64,000 bases of DNA from Cytophagaceae bacterium (GTDB lineage Bacteria > Bacteroidota > Bacteroidia > Cytophagales > Spirosomataceae): positions 17,890-81,889 of the forward strand of contig SXXW01000019.1 of assembly GCA_005791165.1 (NCBI GenBank), read 5' to 3'. Shown here in pieces: positions 42,947-51,399 of this stretch (within the stretch, counting starts at the first letter, position 1; every line of letters starts with the position of its first letter). Under the pieces are notes generated by a model. It did not search any database, was not told the DNA's origin, and saw nothing but the letters and a program-made list of their open reading frames with translations. A program made the translations under genes and the position numbers.

Positions 42947-43498
42947 ATGAATAAACTTAAATCCCTCCTGTTTTGTGGATTATTTTTTCTAGCTAGCTGT
43001 CATTCCAAAGATGAAGCTGCATTTTATTATTCTAAGCCTGAACAAGATACCTTGGTAACTAACATCATCAGTATCATAAGCGAAAAGCCTGCTTATGCAT
43101 CAGATTCAACTAAGTTTCAGGCTCGATTTAGGTCTGAATATGTAAAACGTTTACCCGAGTTTCAGTTGATCAATCTCTCAAAAGATAGTTCTGGAACGTA
43201 TACTTATTTCCTCAGTAGGCCCGTAGCAGGACGCAAAGATTTGAGAAGGGGTGTTTTAGGGACTTTTACACTAAAGCCCAATACGCTTGAAATAGACCAG
43301 TTTGAGGAGGTGGCGAATACCCCACATTTTGATGAAGAAACGGTCAAACAGCGTGGAGGCTTTTTATTTAATGCATTAGTCAAGCAAGGCAATATTACTG
43401 AATATTTGAAAATGAAACATTATGTTGAGTGGCCTGACGCATCACTCATTTATGATAAGAAAAAGAGATCTTGGGTGTCTACCATTGGTCTCAATTAA
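42947..43498 (+). CDS. Hypothetical lipoprotein
   Basis: Lipobox LASC; 183 aa; no recognised domain. Confidence 0.65.
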   Translation: MNKLKSLLFCGLFFLASCHSKDEAAFYYSKPEQDTLVTNIISIISEKPAYASDSTKFQARFRSEYVKRLPEFQLINLSKDSSGTYTYFLSRPVAGRKDLRRGVLGTFTLKPNTLEIDQFEEVANTPHFDEETVKQRGGFLFNALVKQGNITEYLKMKHYVEWPDASLIYDKKKRSWVSTIGLN

Positions 43499-43520
43499 TT
43501 TTATATTGGTGTATTAAAGT

Positions 43521-43558
43521 TAATGCCGCGGGGTTTCCTCTCGGCATTACTTGTTTTT
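43521..43558 (+). terminator. Probable terminator between convergent genes
   Basis: TAATGCCGCGGGG-TTT-CCTCTCGGCATTA followed by CTTGTTTTT. Confidence 0.65.
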
Positions 43559-43681
43559 ATTGGCTACTCTATTTGTAGGAATTGATTCAAATCATGATGA
43601 ATTAGATTCTCTTTTAATTTGTTCGACTTTTGCTTGAAATATTTCATTTCTATAAATTACATTCTAAGCAATAGGCTAATA

Positions 43682-44944
43682 TTATTTCAATCTTCTGTAA
43701 AAATAAAGGCTCGATAAGCTACTGATCATAAGACCTGCAATTCCCATTATCACAATCCAAGTGAAGAATAGGGACGGCAGATTTAAATTGGGTAATATGA
43801 AACCTGTGAAAAGCAACAACACATTATAGCCCAAGTATCCAATAGAGTCCACGATATACATTAAAAAGCCTATGTTGGCCTTGTGTCTAGTGATGGCAAT
43901 CATCCGCTCAAAAACCGAGGTGGTTATCGTTAAATAAGGCAAATAGATACCAAACCCTGTTAACACAATTAACCAGAATGGATCTAGTTGATTCACTCCC
44001 CACAATCCTGCGATAAGTAAAAATAGGTAGCCTGTTGCGATCGCTGACATACTGATAAAAAAGGCGATGTGGTTTTTCTTAATTAAAACCAGGCTACCGT
44101 TGATGACTAATATTCCTACCGTAACCCAAATTTCCGTTTGTGAATAGATGGATGCCTCGCCTACAAAACCTAAATATTTCCATATTTCAGGGGCAAAATC
44201 AGAACGAATTCCTCTTAAAAGTGAAGCAAATAGATACAATAAGCTAATGCATAGAATTCCAGGCCACAGCTCTTTAACTAGTGCGATGCGATCTTTCTGA
44301 GTCATGGCCGACCTTTCCGCTCGGTCTTCCTTGTCCTGCTCGGTGGGCCTAGGAATTTTTGTCAGCATCCATACAAAAAACACGAAAGGCAAAGTATAGA
44401 TCAAGCCTGCCAACGAAGGCATCCAATGTTCAGCGATGGATATATTTAATAGCCAGGTGCCTACAGATTTAGAAACACCATCTGCTAATATAAAGCTGCT
44501 TCCCAATGCCGCTATAAATAATTCGGTGTTTTTTTTGCCCTCCAAAAAGCCTTGAATGTAGCCAAAAATCATACCCAATGGCAACCCATTGATTACTAAA
44601 AAAACAATGCTGTAAGGCCTTGGAACTAGGCCAAATCCTACCAAGGCAAGCTCTGCAATGAGAATACTAATCAAAATAGCACGCGTCCTCTTTTCCCACG
44701 AAATCCCTGAAACGATGAATATTCCACACCATTTGGATAACATGTAACCGGCAATCTGAGAAGATATCAAAATTGATTTCCATGGAATTCCTATCCAATA
44801 TTGGTCTGTGTATAATCCCGCTGTAAAAGGTTTTCTAAATCCATATACGCAAAAATAACAGCCAAAAGCCGCTATCATGGACCATAATGGATGGGTAAAT
44901 ATTAGTTTGCCAGAAAAATTTACTCGACTTTTAATGGAGTTCAT
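43682..44944 (-). CDS. DUF5690-family multi-pass (MFS-like) membrane protein, putative phosphonate permease
   Basis: About 11-12 TM segments; AFGCYFCVYGFRKPF, QIAGYMLSK, NGLPLG, FLEG, SFILADG, FERMIA, GFLMYIVDSIGYLG. Overlaps the phnZ stop by 4 nt. Confidence 0.75.
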   Translation of the reverse strand: MNSIKSRVNFSGKLIFTHPLWSMIAAFGCYFCVYGFRKPFTAGLYTDQYWIGIPWKSILISSQIAGYMLSKWCGIFIVSGISWEKRTRAILISILIAELALVGFGLVPRPYSIVFLVINGLPLGMIFGYIQGFLEGKKNTELFIAALGSSFILADGVSKSVGTWLLNISIAEHWMPSLAGLIYTLPFVFFVWMLTKIPRPTEQDKEDRAERSAMTQKDRIALVKELWPGILCISLLYLFASLLRGIRSDFAPEIWKYLGFVGEASIYSQTEIWVTVGILVINGSLVLIKKNHIAFFISMSAIATGYLFLLIAGLWGVNQLDPFWLIVLTGFGIYLPYLTITTSVFERMIAITRHKANIGFLMYIVDSIGYLGYNVLLLFTGFILPNLNLPSLFFTWIVIMGIAGLMISSLSSLYFYRRLK

Positions 44945-45486
44945 TTAACAAAAGACTCCATGTAGGGAACGTAAAACGATAATTCTTTTACTTGTAAATT
45001 GGCTATTTTGGCTTGATCATCGAATCGCCTTAATTTAACCGCATCTGCGTAATATGGATTCTTTTCAAATTCTTTACATTCATCGGCCGACATAGGACCT
45101 CCTTGTAAACCTAAGCTGATTATAGAAGGCTCACTTAAAATATCTAGATATTCCGGCTCTACGGTACATAAATATCTTTTTGCCGCCACATGCAATCGCA
45201 CGGGCTCCACTACTTCTGGCGTAAAATATTGTTGGAGAAAGTCATTGGCTAAGTTCTCGTGTAAATCATCGATCCCATTTTCTGGGGCATCATCAGGTAA
45301 ATGATGCAATAAATGTCCAATATCATGTAGAATGCCTGCGACGATAATATTCGTTTTTTCACCTGCCTCATCGGCAAAATGTGCTGCTTGTAACGCATGT
45401 TCCAATTGGCTTACGGCCTCTCCTCCGTATTGAGAATCCCCATGATTTTCAAATAAATGAATTACTTTTTCTATTATCTCAGACAT
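44941..45486 (-). CDS. phnZ: HD-domain diiron phosphonate oxygenase, PhnZ type
   Basis: YGGE, LEHALQ, LHDIGH, HE, LHVAAKRYL, SIISL.LQGG, LRRFDD.AK. The ATG at 45486 is preferred over TTG 45495. Confidence 0.82.
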   Translation of the reverse strand: MSEIIEKVIHLFENHGDSQYGGEAVSQLEHALQAAHFADEAGEKTNIIVAGILHDIGHLLHHLPDDAPENGIDDLHENLANDFLQQYFTPEVVEPVRLHVAAKRYLCTVEPEYLDILSEPSIISLGLQGGPMSADECKEFEKNPYYADAVKLRRFDDQAKIANLQVKELSFYVPYMESFVK

Positions 45487-45589
45487 ATTATTCAAAATTT
45501 TGCTTGTAAATTAGCAAGCATTAGTCTGGGAAAGAAGGGTTCTAAGATTTATTTTACTTTTGTTTACGCGCCCTTAACAATTTCATAAA

Positions 45590-46030
45590 ATGAAAGCAGT
45601 TTTCAACATTCGAAAAGTTATTGAAACCGATGAAAATGCTATTCGAACCTTATTGGATGAACTAGAAAATCGTATTTCAGACCCTACTGTTTTTCAGCAT
45701 ATTTTCAAGCATTACCTAATTAGAGAAAATGCGCTATTTTTTGCAGCTGAAAATGACCAAAAAGAAATCATTGGTTTTATTACCTGCTTGGGCCAACTAT
45801 TATTGCACCACGAAGGATTAGTGTATGAGATTGAGGAATTAATCGTCACTCAAACGTATCATGGAAAGGGGATAGGCCGATTATTAATCAACCAAGTTCG
45901 AGAAGAATTAAAGCCTTACGATATAAAATCGATTGAGGTAACTTCCAATAAACGGAGAACACAAGCACATAAATTTTATAAAGCTGTAGGCTTCAAGAAT
46001 TCGCATGAAAAATTCACTTGTTATTTCTGA
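45590..46030 (+). CDS. phnO: Aminoalkylphosphonate N-acetyltransferase-like GNAT
   Basis: LLHHEG, EIEELIV, GKGIG, EVTSNKRRTQAHKFY, SHEKFT align with enterobacterial PhnO motifs; phosphonate gene context. Confidence 0.7.
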   Translation: MKAVFNIRKVIETDENAIRTLLDELENRISDPTVFQHIFKHYLIRENALFFAAENDQKEIIGFITCLGQLLLHHEGLVYEIEELIVTQTYHGKGIGRLLINQVREELKPYDIKSIEVTSNKRRTQAHKFYKAVGFKNSHEKFTCYF

Positions 46031-47172
46031 TAAAGTTTTTGAATATACTCAGAAGTAAATCCAGGGCTCGTTGTCATCCCTTTCCCCCCAATGCCATTGA
46101 TAATGTGAATCACATCATCCACTTGTTTGGTGAATACCTCAGAGTGGGTTCCTTGTATATAAAATCCAGCCCATGTGGCGTCAACATCCCATTGAGGTAG
46201 GTCAATTATTTTTTTGGCTTCATGGAGCATCAGTTCATTGATTTCTGTAGAGATCTCAAACCCAAAGTCAGCTTGTTTGCCAGCTTGAACATATTCATGG
46301 GAATCTCCCAAAATAATGGATCCGTCATCCGCTTGTTTAAACAAAATGTGAATGCCTTTATTTTGCAAAATAGTTTGTTCTGGCGTGGATGTTAATTTTT
46401 TATGCGATGGGCAAGAATGGAAACTTTCATATCGACGAATCGTGAGTCCGGTAAGAATATTTGGTTTTAATATAGGCTTTTGCGCTGCTAAACGGAGCAT
46501 TTGTAGTTTGCTGATTTTTAAATCCGAGACTGGATAATGTTCGGGCAATAAAAATTGTGTGTCTCGGCCATTGGCTATAATCACTTTTTCTGACCAAAAA
46601 TTTTGGTTTGTTGTTGTGAATACCCTGGCAATTCCTCTTTTTTTCTCTACGCCAACCACCGCGCACAAATTTTGGTAGTGTAGATCCATGTGTTGGATCA
46701 TAAATTCTCGAACTCGGTGCACCATCAATCTAGGATTTAAGGATGCTTCCTCGGATAAAAATAAGCCTCCTTTTACATAGTCCTTTTTAAAATGTGGATT
46801 TGATTTCTGACAATCATCCGCTGAATGTAATTTATTTGAATATCCTCGCTCATCAAATAGTTTCTGAATCTCTTCTAAGAGCGTTAATTCTTGGTCATCC
46901 GAAGCAAGATACCAGGATCCGTTGGGAACCAAGGAGATATTCGTTTCACTTTGTAAGTCCTTGTAAATCTGCAATGATTTACGGCCATAATCGAACCACT
47001 TGTCCATGGATTGTCCCGAGGGAACTGCTTGACCAAAATTCCGAAAACTTGCTTCAAAAGGTTGTGAGTCTTTCTCTAATAATAGAACTGTTTTCCCCTT
47101 TTTTAGTGCATGATATGCGCTAAAAGTGCCTATAATTCCACCGCCAACAACAATTAAATCATATTTTTTCAT
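46021..47172 (-). CDS. FAD-dependent oxidoreductase, TIGR03364 (phosphonate-associated amine oxidase type)
   Basis: VVGGGIIG, ASFRNFGQ, KLQML, GLTIRRYESF, GIHILFKQ..DGSIILGDSHEY, GIGGKGMT. Confidence 0.85.
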   Translation of the reverse strand: MKKYDLIVVGGGIIGTFSAYHALKKGKTVLLLEKDSQPFEASFRNFGQAVPSGQSMDKWFDYGRKSLQIYKDLQSETNISLVPNGSWYLASDDQELTLLEEIQKLFDERGYSNKLHSADDCQKSNPHFKKDYVKGGLFLSEEASLNPRLMVHRVREFMIQHMDLHYQNLCAVVGVEKKRGIARVFTTTNQNFWSEKVIIANGRDTQFLLPEHYPVSDLKISKLQMLRLAAQKPILKPNILTGLTIRRYESFHSCPSHKKLTSTPEQTILQNKGIHILFKQADDGSIILGDSHEYVQAGKQADFGFEISTEINELMLHEAKKIIDLPQWDVDATWAGFYIQGTHSEVFTKQVDDVIHIINGIGGKGMTTSPGFTSEYIQKLYQK

Positions 47173-47896
47173 TTTTTAAATCTTCAATGATTTGAATGAG
47201 GTCATCTATTTTATTTAATAATCCATCATTAGGGAATGAGGCTAATTGTTCGCGGGTATGAGTTCCATTGCACACGCCTAGGGCAAGTCTCACCCCGGCA
47301 TTTTTACCAAAAGCTAGGTCAACAGGCGTGTCACCCACATTGATAACTTCGGATAAGTTTGTTATCCCAATTTGCTTCATGGCAAACTGAATCATTTTAG
47401 GGGATGGTCGCCCTTCACCTGCTTCATCTGGAGTCACTGAAAGATGAATGCCTGATTTATTCCTAAGGTTAATAAAATTAGAATTTAAGGATTGGCTCCA
47501 GCCTAGTTTAGTCAAAATGATGTTCGCTACGCTTCGATAAAAACCCGTTGTGAGTGCAATGAAAATTCCGTTTTTGTGTAAATAATCAAAAAGTTCTTGG
47601 CATCCCTCCGTTTGAAATACTGGGTTTTTTCGATAGTGGTTTTCTAAAATTGTCTTAAAATCTTCGAAGGATTGTAACGCTTTTTCTGAAATAGAGGAAT
47701 CTGAAGAGCCGAGCTGCTCAGCCCATAGCATTGTGAAAACTTCTAATTTGGCATAACCCTGCAAGGCCAAAATCCGTTCATCGCTGGCCCACAATTCATT
47801 TTTAATAGCAGCCTCTTTGAAGCATTTCTCAACTTCATGTTGGTCTAGTACGGTTGTTCCAGCCATATCTAAGATGACTAATTTGATTGGATTCAT
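47159..47896 (-). CDS. Phosphonatase-like HAD hydrolase (TIGR03351/PhnX-like)
   Basis: DMAGTT, cap GYAK lysine, LTTGF, GRPSPKMI, VGDTPVD, GTHTREQL. Confidence 0.82.
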   Translation of the reverse strand: MNPIKLVILDMAGTTVLDQHEVEKCFKEAAIKNELWASDERILALQGYAKLEVFTMLWAEQLGSSDSSISEKALQSFEDFKTILENHYRKNPVFQTEGCQELFDYLHKNGIFIALTTGFYRSVANIILTKLGWSQSLNSNFINLRNKSGIHLSVTPDEAGEGRPSPKMIQFAMKQIGITNLSEVINVGDTPVDLAFGKNAGVRLALGVCNGTHTREQLASFPNDGLLNKIDDLIQIIEDLKNEKI

Positions 47897-47917
47897 GATT
47901 TGAGAAATAGTTTATGT

Positions 47918-47974
47918 TAAAATTAACAAATTCAATCTCCCCTTTATGTTACTACAATATAAATTTTTTATTAA
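47918..47974 (-). promoter_or_regulatory. Candidate Pho-box promoter of the phosphonate operon
   Basis: On minus: TTAAT (47974), TTTAT (47963), GTAAC (47952), then TAATTTTA 27 nt later (47925). Confidence 0.55.
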
Positions 47975-48076
47975 GGAAATAAAATTGAATTATTCCTGTA
48001 TTTAATATTATGTTTTATGCGTGATAATACTTCGGTTATACTAAGAAAACAATTTGAACACATTGCCTTATTTTTC

Positions 48077-48132
48077 TTAATGATTTCTTATTTTTTGCTT
48101 AAGGGACATGATGAGTACTCTCTTTATTTTTG
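48077..48132 (+). promoter_or_regulatory. Candidate Pho-box promoter of susC/susD
   Basis: TTAAT (48077), TTATT (48088), TTAAG (48099), each preceded by C, then TATTTTTG at 48125 (26 nt). Confidence 0.6.
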
Positions 48133-48159
48133 TCAAAATTTTAATAAACTAAATTATTT

Positions 48160-51100
48160 ATGACAAAGAATTTACAAAAACAGGGATCCAAAATGACTCT
48201 TAGAAGAAGTTTTTGGTTCATTTTCACCTTGTGCCAGTTGGCCTTCTTGGGTGCCCATGCCCAAGAGCGCTCGATTACAGGGGTGGTCATCGGGAGTGAT
48301 GACAATGCAGGTATTCCAGGTGTTTCCATTAAGGTTAATGGAACAAACAAGGGAACAAACTCAGGTGCAAATGGACAGTTTACAGTCTCTGCGTCAACTA
48401 ACTCAATTTTGGAGTTTTCCATGATTGGTTATACAAGCAAAACTGTTACTGTGGGTAATCAATCTACATTAAAGGTTATTTTGGATGTGGATAATCGCCA
48501 ATTACAAGAGGTGGTAGTAACAGCCTTAGGTATTAAAAAAGATGTTCGCCGTATTGGTGTGGCCATTCAATCGGTAGATGGTTCAAGCACAATCAAAGCA
48601 CGTGAGCCAAATGCAATCAACGCATTATCTGGTCGCGTGGCTGGTTTGACCGTTGGAGCTCAACCGGAATTATTGAGAAAACCTAATATCTCATTACGTG
48701 GTAGTTCAACAATTTTATATGTAGTAGATGGTGTACCGATCAACTCTGATACTTGGAATATTTCTCCAGATGATATCGAAACCTATTCCGTTTTGAAAGG
48801 AGCTTCAGCTTCGGCTCTTTATGGTTTCCGTGGTAAGAACGGTGCGATTTTAATCACTACTAAACGTGGTTCTGCTGACAAGCGTGGTTTTTCTGTTGAG
48901 GTTAACTCATCTACCCAAATTCAAAGCGGTTTCTATGCCATTCCAGAAGTGCAAGACGAATATGGTCCTGGTGATCATGGTTCATATGCGTTTGGAGATG
49001 GTAAAGGGGGTGGATTGAATGATGGTGATTATGATGGGGGTTGGGGTCCAAAATTCAATGGCCAATTAATTCCTCAGTATGATTCACCAGTGGATCCTAT
49101 TACTGGCAAGCGTTCAGGTACTCCTTGGATCGCACGTGGAAAAGATAACTTGAAGCGTTTCTTAGAAGCCGGTATTTTATCTACCAATAACATTTCAGTT
49201 GCAGCGACTGGAGACAAATACAATTTGCGTTTTTCTACGTCACATATCTATCAAAAAGGTATTGTTCCTAATACCCAATTGAACATGACGAACTTCAACG
49301 TAACAGCCGATTACAAATTCTCTAATAAATTGAAATTTGAGTCGAACTTACAGTACAACCGTCAATACACACCGAATATTCCAGACGTAAATTACGGTCC
49401 CAACTCGATCATTTATAACATCGTTTATTGGGCAGGAGCAGACTGGAACATGGATGATATGAAAAACTACTGGCAAAAAGGTAAAGAAGGTGTTCAACAA
49501 ATCTATGCGGAATACCAACGTTACAATAACCCTTACTTCATGTCTTACGAGTGGTTACGTTCGCATTATAAGACGGATATCATCGGACAAGCAGCTTTGC
49601 GTTACACGTTTAATGAAAACTTGAACTTATTAGCTCGTACGCAAGTAACCACTTGGGATATGGTTCGTACAGAGAAATTCCCTTACTCTGCAGGTACGTA
49701 TGGTCGTGATGAGCGTCGTGGCGATTATCGTGAGGATCGTCGTTCATTGTTTGAGAATAATACAGAATTATTATTAACGTTTGACAAGGATATCTTACCA
49801 GGCTTTAATACAAAAATTAATGCGGGTGCATCTCAACGTGTTTTTCAATACAAGTCGATGTTCGCTTCTACAAACTATTTAAACGTTCCAGGATTATATA
49901 ACTTCTCGAACTCGGCTCTGCCTGTTCAAGTTGGTAATTTTGGTTCTGACATGAATGTTCTTTCTGCTTACTACTCCGCAGATTTTTCTTACAAGAAATA
50001 TTTGACAGTTTTCGCTACAGGTCGTGTTGATAAATTGTCAACATTGCCAGCGGGTAAAAACTCGTTCTTCTATCCATCATTTGGAGCGGTTACCGTTTTA
50101 TCTGATTATGTGAATTTACCAGAGGTAGTTTCTTTCTTGAAATTCCGTGGTTCATTTGCAAACGTTAAGGATGGTTTGACATCATCTACGATTGATAACC
50201 GCGTGGGAACTTATTCAGGTGAAAACTATAACTCACCTTATGATGGTCCTTCATACCAAAACAACACGGTATATTCAACGGGTTTCTTTTACAATAACCA
50301 AACAGGAGCAACTTATGGGAACGAATTGAGTAATCCAAACTTGAATCCATCAGAGACTTCTCAGACGGAATTTGGTATGGACTTACGCTTACTTAAAAAT
50401 CGTATTGCAATCGATGCGGCTTATTTCATCTCGAATGATGGTCCTTCGATCTTCTCTTTACCTATCTCATCTACATCAGGTTACACATCCGCTTTAGTGA
50501 ATGGTATCAAGACGCAGAAGAAAGGTTATGAGATCTCCGTAACAGGAACGCCAATTCAAATAGCAGACTTTAGCTGGGATGTATTAGCGAACTACTCTAC
50601 TTTCCAGCAGACGTTAACTGAAATTTATCCAGGTATCACGAACTTAAATACGTTCTTAAAAGTAGGGGATCGTACGGATAGAATTTATGGTTCTGCCTTT
50701 GTTCGTACCCCTACGGGAGAAATCATTAATACTAAAGCTGGTATTCCAGAAAGATTAGCTGGAACGCAGTCGCAATACTTAGGTAATGCTAACCCGGATT
50801 TCGTTTTCGGTTTGAATAATAAGTTTACTTATAAAAATGTAAGCTTAAGCTTCTTATTTGATGGTCGTATCGGTGGTAAAATTATTAACTATACACAGCA
50901 ACAAACGTACCGTGGTGGTCGTCACATTGGAACGACACAAGGTATTTTCGCTGAAGCTCGTCCACAAGATGCCTTAGGTGTGAAAGCATTCGTAGGTCAA
51001 GGTGTGGTTGTTTCGAATGGCGCTGCGATTAAATACGATGTAAACGGAAAGGTGACTAACTTTTCTGAATTACAATTCGCGCCTAACACCGTAAAGACTT

Positions 51101-51381
51101 TTGTACAAGATTACGTGGGTCGTTATTATAACACAAACGAAGGAAACTTAATGAGCCGTTCTTTCGGAATGTTAAAAGAAGTTGTGGTAGGTGTTAAACT
51201 TCCATCTACGTGGTTTGGTAAGTCAGTTTCTGGCGCGAACATTTCTTTCGTAGGACGTAACCTATTGTACTTCGCTGAAGCAAAAGATACTGATTTATCT
51301 CAGTACTTGACGGACGGCGCTACAGGTACTCAAACTCCATCAGTTAGAAGCTATGGTGTTAACTTAAACTTAGTATTCTAA
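48160..51381 (+). CDS. SusC/RagA-family TonB-dependent transporter
   Basis: LQEVVVTALGI, LYVVDGVP, DDIETYSVLKGASASALYGFRGKNGAILITTKRG, C-terminal PSVRSYGVNLNLVF. The start may be 48193. Confidence 0.95.
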   Translation: MTKNLQKQGSKMTLRRSFWFIFTLCQLAFLGAHAQERSITGVVIGSDDNAGIPGVSIKVNGTNKGTNSGANGQFTVSASTNSILEFSMIGYTSKTVTVGNQSTLKVILDVDNRQLQEVVVTALGIKKDVRRIGVAIQSVDGSSTIKAREPNAINALSGRVAGLTVGAQPELLRKPNISLRGSSTILYVVDGVPINSDTWNISPDDIETYSVLKGASASALYGFRGKNGAILITTKRGSADKRGFSVEVNSSTQIQSGFYAIPEVQDEYGPGDHGSYAFGDGKGGGLNDGDYDGGWGPKFNGQLIPQYDSPVDPITGKRSGTPWIARGKDNLKRFLEAGILSTNNISVAATGDKYNLRFSTSHIYQKGIVPNTQLNMTNFNVTADYKFSNKLKFESNLQYNRQYTPNIPDVNYGPNSIIYNIVYWAGADWNMDDMKNYWQKGKEGVQQIYAEYQRYNNPYFMSYEWLRSHYKTDIIGQAALRYTFNENLNLLARTQVTTWDMVRTEKFPYSAGTYGRDERRGDYREDRRSLFENNTELLLTFDKDILPGFNTKINAGASQRVFQYKSMFASTNYLNVPGLYNFSNSALPVQVGNFGSDMNVLSAYYSADFSYKKYLTVFATGRVDKLSTLPAGKNSFFYPSFGAVTVLSDYVNLPEVVSFLKFRGSFANVKDGLTSSTIDNRVGTYSGENYNSPYDGPSYQNNTVYSTGFFYNNQTGATYGNELSNPNLNPSETSQTEFGMDLRLLKNRIAIDAAYFISNDGPSIFSLPISSTSGYTSALVNGIKTQKKGYEISVTGTPIQIADFSWDVLANYSTFQQTLTEIYPGITNLNTFLKVGDRTDRIYGSAFVRTPTGEIINTKAGIPERLAGTQSQYLGNANPDFVFGLNNKFTYKNVSLSFLFDGRIGGKIINYTQQQTYRGGRHIGTTQGIFAEARPQDALGVKAFVGQGVVVSNGAAIKYDVNGKVTNFSELQFAPNTVKTFVQDYVGRYYNTNEGNLMSRSFGMLKEVVVGVKLPSTWFGKSVSGANISFVGRNLLYFAEAKDTDLSQYLTDGATGTQTPSVRSYGVNLNLVF

Positions 51382-51399
51382 TATTCTTCATTTTAATAA

